Source: Auanema rhodensis (taxonomy: Eukaryota; Animalia; Nematoda). From it: a stretch of 64,000 nucleotides of DNA. The position numbers and the translations under genes are program-made. The notes under the pieces were generated by a model, which worked only from the letters and a program-made list of their open reading frames with translations, was not told where the DNA came from and did not search any database. Shown piece after piece: positions 38,985 to 54,200 of this stretch. The DNA lies in the NCBI GenBank assembly GCA_964057225.1, contig OZ059900.1, forward strand, positions 25,544,001 to 25,608,000, read 5' to 3'. How positions within the stretch are numbered: position 1 is the stretch's first letter; each line of letters starts with the position of its first letter.

Positions 38985-41900
38985 CCTGTTTTTTTGTTGT
39001 GAAAGTGGAACTAGACGTTGTACGAACAATTTTGAGCTAGGTTTCATTGACATTGCATGAGTTTGAACAAATGAAATCGTAAGTCAAAACCTTGTTTACA
39101 TCGAAATTTCCAAAAACTGGTTTTCCAGCATAATAAAATATTTCTCATGGGAAATACTGTGTTTTTGTATTTTTTTAGTGTTCAGCATGTAAAATGCGTC
39201 ATTTTAGTATGTAAAACGCTGAAATTCGTTGCATTTGACGACTCATATGAACAAAAATCGATTTTATCAATATTAGCCATAAGGGGCGTGCCCTCAGAAT
39301 ATGCTAATTTCCTTAATTTTCTAACCCCTGTTTTTTTGTCGTGAAAGTGGAACTAGACGTTGTACAAACAATTTTGAGCTAGGTTTCATTGACATTGCAT
39401 GAGTTTGAACACATGAAATCGTAAGTCAAAACCTTGTTTACAGCGAAATTTCTAAAAACTGGTTTTCCAGCATAATACAATATTTCTCATGGGAAATACT
39501 GTGTTTTTATATTTTTCCAGTGTTTAGCATGTAAAATGCTTCATTTTAGTATGTAACACGCTGAAATTCGTTGCATTTGACGACTCATATGAACAAAAAT
39601 TGATTTAATCAATATTAGCCATAAGGGGCGTGCCCTCAGAATATGCTAATTTCCTTAATTTTCTAACCCCTGTTTTTTTGTCGTGAAAGTGGAACTAGAC
39701 GTTGTACGAACAATTTTGAGCTAGGTTTCATTGACATTGCATGAGTTTGAACACATGCAATCGTAAGTCAAAACCTTGTTTACAGCGAAATTTCCAAAAA
39801 CTGGTTTTCCAGCATAATAAAATATTTCTCATGGGAAAAACTGTGTTTTTGTATTTTTTTAATGTTCAGCATGTAGAATGCTTCATTTTGATATGTAAAA
39901 CGCTGAAATTCGTTGCATTTGACGACTCATATGAACAAAAATCGATTTTATCAATATTAGCCATAAGGGGCGTGCCCTCAGAATATGCTAATTTCCTTAA
40001 TTTTCTAACCCCTGTTTTTTTGTCGTGAAAGTGGAACTAGACGTTGTACGAACAATTTTGAGCTAGGTTTCATTGACATTGCATGAGTTTTAACACATGA
40101 AATCGTAAGTCAAAACCTTGTTTACAGCGAAATTTCCAAAAACTGGTTTTCCAGCATAATAAAATATTTCTCATGGGAAATACAGTGTTTTTGTATTTTT
40201 TTAGTGTTCAGCATGTAAAATGCGTCATTTTAGTATGTAAAACGCTGAAATTCCTTGCATTTGACGACTCATATGAACAAAAATCGATTTTATCAATATT
40301 AGCCATAAGGGGCGTGCCCTCAGAATATGCTAATTTCCTTAATTTTCTAACCCCTGTTTTTTTGTCGTGAAAGTGGAACTAGACGTTGTACGAACAATTT
40401 TGAGCTAGGTTTCATTGACATTGCATGAGTTTTAACACATGAAATCGTAAGTCAAAACCTTGTTTACAGCGAAATTTCCAAAAACTGGTTTTCCAGCATA
40501 ATAAAATATTTCTCATGGGAAATACAGTGTTTTTGTATTTTTTTAGTGTTCAGCATGTAAAATGCGTCATTTTAGTATGTAAAACGCTGAAATTCCTTGC
40601 ATTTGACGACTCATATGAACAAAAATCGATTTTATCAATATTAGCCATAAGGGGCGTGCCCTCAGAATATGCTAATTTCCTTAATTTTCTAACCCCTGTT
40701 TTTTTGTCGTGAAAGTGGAACTAGACGTTGTACGAACAATTTTGAGCTAGGTTTCATTGACATTGCATGAGTTTGAAAAAATGAAATCGTAAGTCAAAAC
40801 CTTGTTTACAGCGAAATTTCCAAAAACTGGTTTTCCAGCATAATAAAATATTTCTCAAGGGAAAAACTGTGTTTTTATATTTTTCTAGTGTTCAGCATGT
40901 AAAATGCTTCATTTTAGTATGTAACACGCTGAAATTCCTTGCATTTGACGACTCATATGAACAAAAATCGATTTAATCAATATTAGCCATAAGGGGCGTG
41001 CACTCAGAATATGCTAATTTCCTTAATTTTCTAACCCCTGTTTTTTTGTCGTGAAAGTGGAACTAGACGTTGTACGAACAATTTTGAGCTAGGTTTCATT
41101 GACATTGCATGAGTTTGAAAAAATGAAATCGTAAGTCAAAACCTTGTTTACAGCGAAATTTCCAAAAACTGGTTTTCCAGCATAATAAAATATTTCTCAA
41201 GGGAAAAACTGTGTTTTTATATTTTTCTAGTGTTCAGCATGTAAAATGCTTCATTTTAGTATGTAACACGCTGAAATTCCTTGCATTTGACGACTCATAT
41301 GAACAAAAATCGATTTAATCAATATTAGCCATAAGGGGCGTGCACTCAGAATATGCTAATTTCCTTAATTTTCTAACCCCTGTTTTTTTGTCGTGAAAGT
41401 GGAACTAGACGTTGTACGAACAATTTTGAGCTAGGTTTCATTGACATTGCATGAGTTTGAACACATGAAATCGTAAGTCAAAACCTTGTTTACAGCGAAA
41501 TTTCCAAAAACTGGTTTTCCAGCATAATACAATATTTCTCATGGGAAATACTGTGTTTTTATATTTTTCTAGTGTTCAGCATGTAAAATGCTTCATTTTA
41601 GTATGTAACACGCTGAAATTCGTTGCATTTGACGACTCATATGAACAAAAATCGATTTTATCAATATTAGCCATAAGGGGCGTGCCCTCAGAATATGCTA
41701 ATTTCCTTAATTTTCTAACCCCTGTTTTTTTGTCGTGAAAGTGGAACTAGACGTTGTACGAACAATTTTGAGCTAGGTTTCATTGACACTGCATGAGTTT
41801 TAACACATGAAATCGTAAGTCAAAACCTTGTTTACAGCGAAATTTCCAAAAACTGGTTTTCCAGCATAATAAAATATTTCTCATGGGAAATACAGTGTTT

Positions 41901-43088
41901 TTGTATTTTTTTAGTGTTCAGCATGTAAAATGCGTCATTTTAGTATGTAAAACGCTGAAATTCGTTGCATTTGACGACTCATATGAACAAAAATCGATTT
42001 TATCAATATTAGCCATAAGGGGCGTGCCCTCAGAATATGCTAATTTCCTTAATTTTCTAACCCCTGTTTTTTTGTCGTGAAAGTGGAACTAGACGTTGTA
42101 CGAACATTTTTGAGCTAGGTTTCATTGACATTGCATGAGTTTGAAAAAATGAAATCGTAAGTCAAAACCTTGTTTACAGCGAAATTTCCAAAAACTGGTT
42201 TTCCAGCATAATAAAATATTTCTCAAGGGAAAAACTGTGTTTTTATATTTTTCTAGTGTTCAGCATGTAAAATGCTTCATTTTAGTATGTAACACGCTGA
42301 AATTCCTTGCATTTGACGACTCATATGAACAAAAATCGATTTAATCAATATTAGCCATAAGGGGCGTGCACTCAGAATATGCTAATTTCCTTAATTTTCT
42401 AACCCCTGTTTTTTTGTCGTGAAAGTGGAACTAGACGTTGTACGAACAATTTTGAGCTAGGTTTCATTGACATTGCATGAGTTTGAACACATGAAATCGT
42501 AAGTCAAAACCTTGTTTACAGCGAAATTTCCAAAAACTGGTTTTCCAGCATAATACAATATTTCTCATGGGAAATACTGTGTTTTTATATTTTTCTAGTG
42601 TTCAGCATGTAAAATGCTTCATTTTAGTATGTAACACGCTGAAATTCGTTGCATTTGACGACTCATATGAACAAAAATCGATTTTATCAATATTAGCCAT
42701 AAGGGGCGTGCCCTCAGAATATGCTAATTTTCTTAATTTTCTAACCCCTGTTTTTTTGTCGTGGAAGTGGAACTAGACGTTGTACGAACAGTTTTGAGCT
42801 AGGTTTCATTGACATTGCATGAGTTTGAACACATGAAATCGTAAGTCAAAACCTTGTTTACAGCGAAATTTCCAAAAACTGGTTTTCCAGCATAATAAAA
42901 TATTTCTCATGGGAAATACTGTGTTTTTGTATTTTTCTAGTGTTCAGCATGTAAAATGCTTCATTTTAGTATGTAACACGCTGAAATTCGTTGCATTTGA
43001 CGACTCATATGAACAAAAATCGATTTAATCAATATTAGCCATAAGGGGCGTGCCCTCAGAATATGCTAATTTCCTTAATTTTCTAACC

Positions 43089-46000
43089 CCTGTTTTTTTG
43101 TCGTGAAAGTGGAACTAGACGTTGTACGAACAATTTTGAGCTAGGTTTCATTGACATTGCATGAGTTTGAACACATGAAATCGTAAGTCAAAACCTTGTT
43201 TACAGCGAAATTTCCAAAAACTGGTTTTCCAGCATAATAAAATATTTCTCATGGGAAATACAGTGTTTTTGTATTTTTTTAGTGTTCAGCATGTAAAATG
43301 CGTCATTTTAGTATGTAAAACGCTGAAATTCGTTGCATTTGACGACTCATATGAACAAAAATCGATTTTATCAATATTAGCCATAAGGGGCGTGCCCTCA
43401 GAATATGCTAATTTCCTTAATTTTCTAACCCCTGTTTTTTTGTCGTGAAAGTGGAACTAGACGTTGTACGAACAATTTTGAGCTAGGTTTCATTGACATT
43501 GCATGAGTTTGAACACATGAAATCGTAAGTCAAAACCTTGTTTACAGCGAAATTTCCAAAAACTGGTTTTCCAGCATAATAAAATATTTCTCATGGGAAA
43601 TACAGTGTTTTTGTATTTTTTTAGTGTTCAGCATGTAAAATGCGTCATTTTAGTATGTAAAACGCTGAAATTCGTTGCATTTGACGACTCATATGAACAA
43701 AAATCGATTTTATCAATATTAGCCATAAGGGGCGTGCCCTCAGAATATGCTAATTTCCTTAATTTTCTAACCCCTGTTTTTTTGTCGTGAAAGTGGAACT
43801 AGACGTTGTACGAACAATTTTGAGCTAGGTTTCATTGACATTGCATGAGTTTGAACACATGAAATCGTAAGTCAAAACCTTGTTTACAGCGAAATTTCCA
43901 AAAACTGGTTTTCCAGCATAATAAAATATTTCTCAAGGGAAAAACTGTGTTTTTATATTTTTCTAGTGTTCAGCATGTAAAATGCTTCATTTTAGTATGT
44001 AACACGGTGAAATTCCTTGCATTTGACGACTCATATGAACAAAAATCGATTTAATCAATATTAGCCATAAGGGGCGTGCCCTCAGAATATGCTAATTTCC
44101 TTAATTTTCTAACCCCTGTTTTTTTGTCGTGAAAGTGGAACTAGACGTTGTACGAACAATTTTGAGCTAGGTTTCATTGACATTGCATGAGTTTGAACAC
44201 ATGCAATCGTAAGTCAAAACCTTGTTTACAGCGAAATTTCCAAAAACTGGTTTTCCAGCATAATAAAATATTTCTCATGGGAAAAACTGTGTTTTTGTAT
44301 TTTTTTAATGTTCAGCATGTAGAATGCTTCATTTTGATATGTAAAACGCTGAAATTCGTTGCATTTGACGACTCATATGAACAAAAATCGATTTTATCAA
44401 TATTAGCCATAAGGGGCGTGCCCTCAGAATATGCTAATTTCCTTAATTTTCTAACCCCTGTTTTTTTGTCGTGAAAGTGGAACTAGACGTTGTACGAACA
44501 ATTTTGAGCTAGGTTTCATTGACATTGCATGAGTTTTAACACATGAAATCGTAAGTCAAAACCTTGTTTACAGCGAAATTTCCAAAAACTGGTTTTCCAG
44601 CATAATAAAATATTTCTCATGGGAAATACAGTGTTTTTGTATTTTTTTAGTGTTCAGCATGTAAAATCCGTCATTTTTGTATGTAAAACGCTGAAATTCG
44701 TTGCATTTGACGACTCATATGAACAAAAATCGATTTAATCAATATTAGCCATAAGGGGCGTGCCCTCAGAATATGCTAATTTCCTTAATTTTCTAACCCC
44801 TGTTTTTTTGTCGTGAAAGTGGAACTAGACGTTGTACGAACAATTTTGAGCTAGGTTTCATTGACATTGCATGAGTTTTAACACATGAAATCGTAAGTCA
44901 AAACCTTGTTTACAGCGAAATTTATAAAACTGGTTTTCCAGCATAATACAATATTTCTCATGGGAAATACTGTGTTTTTATATTTTTCTAGTGTTCAGCA
45001 TGTAAAATGCTTCATTTTAGTATGTAACACGCTGAAATTCGTTGCATTTGACGACTCATATGAACAAAAATCGATTTTATCAATATTAGCCATAAGGGGC
45101 GTGCCCTCAGAATATGCTAATTTCCTTAATTTTCTAACCCCTGTTTTTTTGTCGTGGAAGTGGAACTAGACGTTGTACGAACAATTTTGAGCTAGGTTTC
45201 ATTGACATTGCATGAGTTTGAACACATGAAATCGTAAGTCAAAACCTTGTTTACAGCGAAATTTCCAAAAACTGGTTTTCCAGCATAATAAAATATTTCT
45301 CATGGGAAATACAGTGTTTTTGTATTTTTTTAGTGTTCAGCATGTAAAATGCGTCATTTTAGTATGTAAAACGCTGAAATTCGTTGCATTTGACGACTCA
45401 TATGAACAAAAATCGATTTTATCAATATTAGCCATAAGGGGCGTGCCCTCAGAATATGCTAATTTCCTTAATTTTCTAACCCCTGTTTTTTTGTCGTGAA
45501 AGTGGAACTAGACGTTGTACGAACAATTTTGAGCTAGGTTTCATTGACATTGCATGAGTTTGAACACATGAAATCGTAAGTCAAAACCTTGTTTACAGCG
45601 AAATTTCCAAAAACTGGTTTTCCAGCATAATAAAATATTTCTCATGGGAAATACAGTGTTTTTGTATTTTTTTAGTGTTCAGCATGTAAAATGCGTCATT
45701 TTAGTATGTAAAACGCTGAAATTCGTTGCATTTGACGACTCATATGAACAAAAATCGATTTTATCAATATTAGCCATAAGGGGCGTGCCCTCAGAATATG
45801 CTAATTTCCTTAATTTTCTAACCCCTGTTTTTTTGTCGTGAAAGTGGAACTAGACGTTGTACGAACAATTTTGAGCTAGGTTTCATTGACATTGCATGAG
45901 TTTGAACACATGAAATCGTAAGTCAAAACCTTGTTTACAGCGAAATTTCCAAAAACTGGTTTTCCAGCATAATAAAATATTTCTCAAGGGAAAAACTGTG

Positions 46001-47190
46001 TTTTTATATTTTTCTAGTGTTCAGCATGTAAAATGCTTCATTTTAGTATGTAACACGGTGAAATTCCTTGCATTTGACGACTCATATGAACAAAAATCGA
46101 TTTAATCAATATTAGCCATAAGGGGCGTGCCCTCAGAATATGCTAATTTCCTTAATTTTCTAACCCCTGTTTTTTTGTCGTGAAAGTGGAACTAGACGTT
46201 GTACGAACAATTTTGAGCTAGGTTTCATTGACATTGCATGAGTTTGAACACATGCAATCGTAAGTCAAAACCTTGTTTACAGCGAAATTTCCAAAAACTG
46301 GTTTTCCAGCATAATAAAATATTTCTCATGGGAAAAACTGTGTTTTTGTATTTTTTTAATGTTCAGCATGTAGAATGCTTCATTTTGATATGTAAAACGC
46401 TGAAATTCGTTGCATTTGACGACTCATATGAACAAAAATCGATTTTATCAATATTAGCCATAAGGGGCGTGCCCTCAGAATATGCTAATTTCCTTAATTT
46501 TCTAACCCCTGTTTTTTTGTCGTGAAAGTGGAACTAGACGTTGTACGAACAATTTTGAGCTAGGTTTCATTGACATTGCATGAGTTTTAACACATGAAAT
46601 CGTAAGTCAAAACCTTGTTTACAGCGAAATTTCCAAAAACTGGTTTTCCAGCATAATAAAATATTTCTCATGGGAAATACAGTGTTTTTGTATTTTTTTA
46701 GTGTTCAGCATGTAAAATCCGTCATTTTTGTATGTAAAACGCTGAAATTCGTTGCATTTGACGACTCATATGAACAAAAATCGATTTAATCAATATTAGC
46801 CATAAGGGGCGTGCCCTCAGAATATGCTAATTTCCTTAATTTTCTAACCCCTGTTTTTTTGTCGTGAAAGTGGAACTAGACGTTGTACGAACAATTTTGA
46901 GCTAGGTTTCATTGACATTGCATGAGTTTTAACACATGAAATCGTAAGTCAAAACCTTGTTTACAGCGAAATTTATAAAACTGGTTTTCCAGCATAATAA
47001 AATATTTCTCAAGGGAAAAACTGTGTTTTTATATTTTTCTAGTGTTCAGCATGTAAAATGCTTCATTTTAGTATGTAACACGCTGAAATTCCTTGCATTT
47101 GACGACTCATATGAACAAAAATCGATTTAATCAATATTAGCCATAAGGGGCGTGCCCTCAGAATATGCTAATTTCCTTAATTTTCTAACC
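43089..47190. repeat. Two tandem copies of a 6-monomer HOR (2051 bp): A-A-B-D-E-(deletion monomer)
   Basis: ORF pairs 43251/45302, 43593/45644 and 44187/46238 all differ by 2051 = 6x342-1. A third copy starts at ~56081. Confidence 0.9.
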
Positions 47191-48216
47191 CCTGTTTTTT
47201 TGTCGTGAAAGTGGAACTAGACGTTGTACGAACAATTTTGAGCTAGGTTTCATTGACATTGCATGAGTTTGAACACATGAAATCGTAAGTCAAAACCTTG
47301 TTTACAGCGAAATTTCCAAAAACTGGTTTTCCAGCATAATACAATATTTCTCATGGGAAATACTGTGTTTTTATATTTTTCTAGTGTTCAGCATGTAAAA
47401 TGCTTCATTTTAGTATGTAACACGCTGAAATTCGTTGCATTTGACGACTCATATGAACAAAAATCGATTTTATCAATATTAGCCATAAGGGGCGTGCCCT
47501 CAGAATATGCTAATTTCCTTAATTTTCTAACCCCTGTTTTTTTGTCGTGAAAGTGGAACTAGACGTTGTACGAACAGTTTTGAGCTAGGTTTCATTGACA
47601 TTGCATGAGTTTGAACACATGAAATCGTAAGTCAAAACCTTGTTTACAGCGAAATTTCCAAAAACTGGTTTTCCAGCATAATAAAATATTTCTCATGGGA
47701 AATACTGTGTTTTTGTATTTTTCTAGTGTTCAGCATGTAAAATGCTTCATTTTAGTATGTAACACGCTGAAATTCGTTGCATTTGACGACTCATATGAAC
47801 AAAAATCGATTTAATCAATATTAGCCATAAGGGGCGTGCCCTCAGAATATGCTAATTTCCTTAATTTTCTAACCCCTGTTTTTTTGTCGTGAAAGTGGAA
47901 CTAGACGTTGTACGAACAATTTTGAGCTAGGTTTCATTGACATTGCATGAGTTTGAACACATGAAATCGTAAGTCAAAACCTTGTTTACAGCGAAATTTC
48001 CAAAAACTGGTTTTCCAGCATAATAAAATATTTCTCAAGGGAAAAACTGTGTTTTTATATTTTTCTAGTGTTCAGCATGTAAAATGCTTCATTTTAGTAT
48101 GTAACACGGTGAAATTCCTTGCATTTGACGACTCATATGAACAAAAATCGATTTAATCAATATTAGCCATAAGGGGCGTGCCCTCAGAATATGCTAATTT
48201 CCTTAATTTTCTAACC

Positions 48217-51200
48217 CCTGTTTTTTTGTCGTGAAAGTGGAACTAGACGTTGTACGAACAATTTTGAGCTAGGTTTCATTGACATTGCATGAGTTTGAAC
48301 ACATGAAATCGTAAGTCAAAACCTTGTTTACAGCGAAATTTCCAAAAACTGGTTTTCCAGCATAATAAAATATTTCTCATGGGAAATACTGTGTTTTTGT
48401 ATTTTTCTAGTGTTCAGCATGTAAAATGCTTCATTTTAGTATGTAACACGCTGAAATTCGTTGCATTTGACGACTCATATGAACAAAAATCGATTTAATC
48501 AATATTAGCCATAAGGGGCGTGCCCTCAGAATATGCTAATTTCCTTAATTTTCTAACCCCTGTTTTTTTGTCGTGAAAGTGGAACTAGACGTTGTACGAA
48601 CAATTTTGAGCTAGGTTTCATTGACATTGCATGAGTTTGAACACATGAAATCGTAAGTCAAAACCTTGTTTACAGCGAAATTTCCAAAAACTGGTTTTCC
48701 AGCATAATAAAATATTTCTCAAGGGAAAAACTGTGTTTTTATATTTTTCTAGTGTTCAGCATGTAAAATGCTTCATTTTAGTATGTAACACGGTGAAATT
48801 CCTTGCATTTGACGACTCATATGAACAAAAATCGATTTAATCAATATTAGCCATAAGGGGCGTGCCCTCAGAATATGCTAATTTCCTTAATTTTCTAACC
48901 CCTGTTTTTTTGTCGTGAAAGTGGAACTAGACGTTGTACGAACAATTTTGAGCTAGGTTTCATTGACATTGCATGAGTTTGAACACATGAAATCGTAAGT
49001 CAAAACCTTGTTTTCAGCGAAATTTCCAAAAACTGGTTTTCCAGCATAATACAATATTTCTCATAGGAAATACTGTGTTTTTGTATTTTTCTAGTGTTCA
49101 GAATGTAGAATGCTTCATTTTAGTACGTAACACGCTGAAATTCGTTGCATTTGACGACTCATATGAACAAAAATCGATTTAATCAATATTAGCCATAAGG
49201 GGCGTGCCCTCAGAATATGCTAATTTCCTTAATTTTCTAACCCCTGTTTTTTTGTCGTGAAAGTGGAACTAGACGTTGTACGAACAATTTTGAGCTAGGT
49301 TTCATTGACATTGCATGAGTTTGAACACATGAAATCGTAAGTCAAAACCTTGTTTACAGCGAAATTTCCAAAAACTGGTTTTCCAGCATAATAAAATATT
49401 TCTCATGGGAAATACTGTGTTTTTGTATTTTTCTAGTGTTCAGCATGTAAAATGCTTCATTTTAGTATGTAACACGCTGAAATTCGTTGCATTTGACGAC
49501 TCATATGAACAAAAATCGATTTAATCAATATTAGCCATAAGGGGCGTGCCCTCAGAATATGCTAATTTCCTTAATTTTCTAACCCCTGTTTTTTTGTCGT
49601 GAAAGTGGAACTAGACGTTGTACGAACAATTTTGAGCTAGGTTTCATTGACATTGCATGAGTTTGAACACATGAAATCGTAAGTCAAAACCTTGTTTACA
49701 GCGAAATTTCCAAAAACTGGTTTTCCAGCATAATAAAATATTTCTCAAGGGAAAAACTGTGTTTTTATATTTTTTTAGTGTTCAGCATGTAAAATGCTTC
49801 ATTTTAGTATGTAACACGGTGAAATTCCTTGCATTTGACGACTCATATGAACAAAAATCGATTTAATCAATATTAGCCATAAGGGGCGTGCCCTCAGAAT
49901 ATGCTGATTTCCTTAATTTTCTAACCCCTGTTTTTTTGTCGTGAAAGTGGAACTAGACGTTGTACGAACAATTTTGAGCTAGGTTTCATTGACATTGCAT
50001 GAGTTTGAACACATGAAATCGTAAGTCAAAACCTTGTTTACAGCGAAATTTCCAAAAACTGGTTTTCCAGCATAATACAATATTTCTCATGGGAAATACT
50101 GTGTTTTTGTATTTTTCTAGTGTTCAGCATGTAAAATGCTTCATTTTAGTATGTAACACGCTGAAATTCGTTGCATTTAACGACTCATATGAACAAAAAT
50201 CGATTTAATCAATATTAGCCATAAGGGGCGTGCCCTCAGAATATGCTAATTTCCTTAATTTTCTAACCCCTGTTTTTTTGTCGTGAAAGTGGAACTAGAC
50301 GTTGTACGAACAATTTTGAGCTAGGTTTCATTGACATTGCATGAGTTTGAACACATGAAATCGTAAGTCAAAACCTTGTTTACAGCGAAATTTCCAAAAA
50401 CTGGTTTTCCAGCATAATAAAATATTTCTCATGGGAAATACAGTGTTTTTGTATTTTTTTAGTGTTCAGCATGTAAAATGCGTCATTTTAGTATGTAAAA
50501 CGCTGAAATTCGTTGCATTTGACGACTCATATGAACAAAAATCGATTTTATCAATATTAGCCATAAGGGGCGTGCCCTCAGAATATGCTAATTTCCTTAA
50601 TTTTCTAACCCCTGTTTTTTTGTCGTGAAAGTGGAACTAGACGTTGTACGAACAATTTTGAGCTAGGTTTCATTGACATTGCATGAGTTTGAACACATGA
50701 AATCGTAAGTCAAAACCTTGTTTACAGCGAAATTTCCAAAAACTGGTTTTCCAGCATAATACAATATTTCTCATGGGAAATACTGTGTTTTTGTATTTTT
50801 CTAGTGTTCAGAATGTAGAATGCTTCATTTTAGTACGTAACACGCTGAAATTCGTTGCATTTGACGACTCATATGAACAAAAATCGATTTAATCAATATT
50901 AGCCATAAGGGGCGTGCCCTCAGAATATGCTCATTTCCTTAATTTTCTAACCCCTGTTTTTTTGTCGTGAAAGTGGAACTAGACGTTGTACAAACAATTT
51001 TGAGCTAGGTTTCATTGACATTGCATGAGTTTGAACACATGAAATCGTAAGTCAAAACCTTGTTTACAGCGAAATTTCCAAAAACTGGTTTTCCAGCATA
51101 ATAAAATATTTCTCATGGGAAATACAGTGTTTTTGTATTTTTTTAGTGTTCAGCATGTAAAATGCGTCATTTTGATATGTAAAACGCTGAAATTCGTTGC

Positions 51201-54200
51201 ATTTGACGACTCATATGAACAAAAATCGATTTTATCAATATTAGCCATAAGGGGCGTGCCCTCAGAATATGCTAATTTCCTTAATTTTCTAACCCCTGTT
51301 TTTTTGTCGTGAAAGTGGAACTAGACGTTGTACGAACAATTTTGAGCTAGGTTTCATTGACATTGCATGAGTTTTAACACATGAAATCGTAAGTCAAAAC
51401 CTTGTTTACAGCGAAATTTCCAAAAACTGGTTTTCCAGCATAATAAAATATTTCTCATGGGAAATACAGTGTTTTTGTATTTTTTTAGTGTTCAGCATGT
51501 AAAATCCGTCATTTTTGTATGTAAAACGCTGAAATTCGTTGCATTTGACGACTCATATGAACAAAAATCGATTTAATCAATATTAGCCATAAGGGGCGTG
51601 CCCTCAGAATATGCTAATTTCCTTAATTTTCTAACCCCTGTTTTTTTGTCGTGAAAGTGGAACTAGACGTTGTACGAACAATTTTGAGCTAGGTTTCATT
51701 GACATTGCATGAGTTTTAACACATGAAATCGTAAGTCAAAACCTTGTTTACAGCGAAATTTATAAAACTGGTTTTCCAGCATAATACAATATTTCTCATG
51801 GGAAATACTGTGTTTTTATATTTTTCTAGTGTTCAGCATGTAAAATGCTTCATTTTAGTATGTAACACGCTGAAATTCGTTGCATTTGACGACTCATATG
51901 AACAAAAATCGATTTTATCAATATTAGCCATAAGGGGCGTGCCCTCAGAATATGCTAATTTCCTTAATTTTCTAACCCCTGTTTTTTTGTCGTGAAAGTG
52001 GAACTAGACGTTGTACGAACAATTTTGAGCTAGGTTTCATTGACATTGCATGAGTTTGAACACATGAAATCGTAAGTCAAAACCTTGTTTACAGCGAAAT
52101 TTCCAAAAACTGGTTTTCCAGCATAATAAAATATTTCTCATGGGAAATACTGTGTTTTTGTATTTTTCTAGTGTTCAGCATGTAAAATGCTTCATTTTAG
52201 TATGTAACACGCTGAAATTCGTTGCATTTGACGACTCATATGAACAAAAATCGATTTAATCAATATTAGCCATAAGGGGCGTGCCCTCAGAATATGCTAA
52301 TTTCCTTAATTTTCTAACCCCTGTTTTTTTGTCGTGAAAGTGGAACTAGACGTTGTACGAACAATTTTGAGCTAGGTTTCATTGACATTGCATGAGTTTG
52401 AACACATGAAATCGTAAGTCAAAACCTTGTTTACAGCGAAATTTCCAAAAACTGGTTTTCCAGCATAATAAAATATTTCTCAAGGGAAAAACTGTGTTTT
52501 TATATTTTTCTAGTGTTCAGCATGTAAAATGCTTCATTTTAGTATGTAACACGGTGAAATTCCTTGCATTTGACGACTCATATGAACAAAAATCGATTTA
52601 ATCAATATTAGCCATAAGGGGCGTGCCCTCAGAATATGCTAATTTCCTTAATTTTCTAACCCCTGTTTTTTTGTCGTGAAAGTGGAACTAGACGTTGTAC
52701 GAACAATTTTGAGCTAGGTTTCATTGACATTGCATGAGTTTGAACACATGAAATCGTAAGTCAAAACCTTGTTTTCAGCGAAATTTCCAAAAACTGGTTT
52801 TCCAGCATAATACAATATTTCTCATAGGAAATACTGTGTTTTTGTATTTTTCTAGTGTTCAGAATGTAGAATGCTTCATTTTAGTACGTAACACGCTGAA
52901 ATTCGTTGCATTTGACGACTCATATGAACAAAAATCGATTTAATCAATATTAGCCATAAGGGGCGTGCCCTCAGAATATGCTAATTTCCTTAATTTTCTA
53001 ACCCCTGTTTTTTTGTCGTGAAAGTGGAACTAGACGTTGTACGAACAATTTTGAGCTAGGTTTCATTGACATTGCATGAGTTTGAACACATGAAATCGTA
53101 AGTCAAAACCTTGTTTACAGCGAAATTTCCAAAAACTGGTTTTCCAGCATAATAAAATATTTCTCATGGGAAATACTGTGTTTTTGTATTTTTCTAGTGT
53201 TCAGCATGTAAAATGCTTCATTTTAGTATGTAACACGCTGAAATTCGTTGCATTTGACGACTCATATGAACAAAAATCGATTTAATCAATATTAGCCATA
53301 AGGGGCGTGCCCTCAGAATATGCTAATTTCCTTAATTTTCTAACCCCTGTTTTTTTGTCGTGAAAGTGGAACTAGACGTTGTACGAACAATTTTGAGCTA
53401 GGTTTCATTGACATTGCATGAGTTTGAACACATGAAATCGTAAGTCAAAACCTTGTTTACAGCGAAATTTCCAAAAACTGGTTTTCCAGCATAATAAAAT
53501 ATTTCTCAAGGGAAAAACTGTGTTTTTATATTTTTTTAGTGTTCAGCATGTAAAATGCTTCATTTTAGTATGTAACACGGTGAAATTCCTTGCATTTGAC
53601 GACTCATATGAACAAAAATCGATTTAATCAATATTAGCCATAAGGGGCGTGCCCTCAGAATATGCTAATTTCCTTAATTTTCTAACCCCTGTTTTTTTGT
53701 CGTGAAAGTGGAACTAGACGTTGTACGAACAATTTTGAGCTAGGTTTCATTGACATTGCATGAGTTTGAACACATGAAATCGTAAGTCAAAACCTTGTTT
53801 ACAGCGAAATTTCCAAAAACTGGTTTTCCAGCATAATACAATATTTCTCATGGGAAATACTGTGTTTTTGTATTTTTCTAGTGTTCAGCATGTAAAATGC
53901 TTCATTTTAGTATGTAACACGCTGAAATTCGTTGCATTTAACGACTCATATGAACAAAAATCGATTTAATCAATATTAGCCATAAGGGGCGTGCCCTCAG
54001 AATATGCTAATTTCCTTAATTTTCTAACCCCTGTTTTTTTGTCGTGAAAGTGGAACTAGACGTTGTACGAACAATTTTGAGCTAGGTTTCATTGACATTG
54101 CATGAGTTTGAACACATGAAATCGTAAGTCAAAACCTTGTTTACAGCGAAATTTCCAAAAACTGGTTTTCCAGCATAATAAAATATTTCTCATGGGAAAT

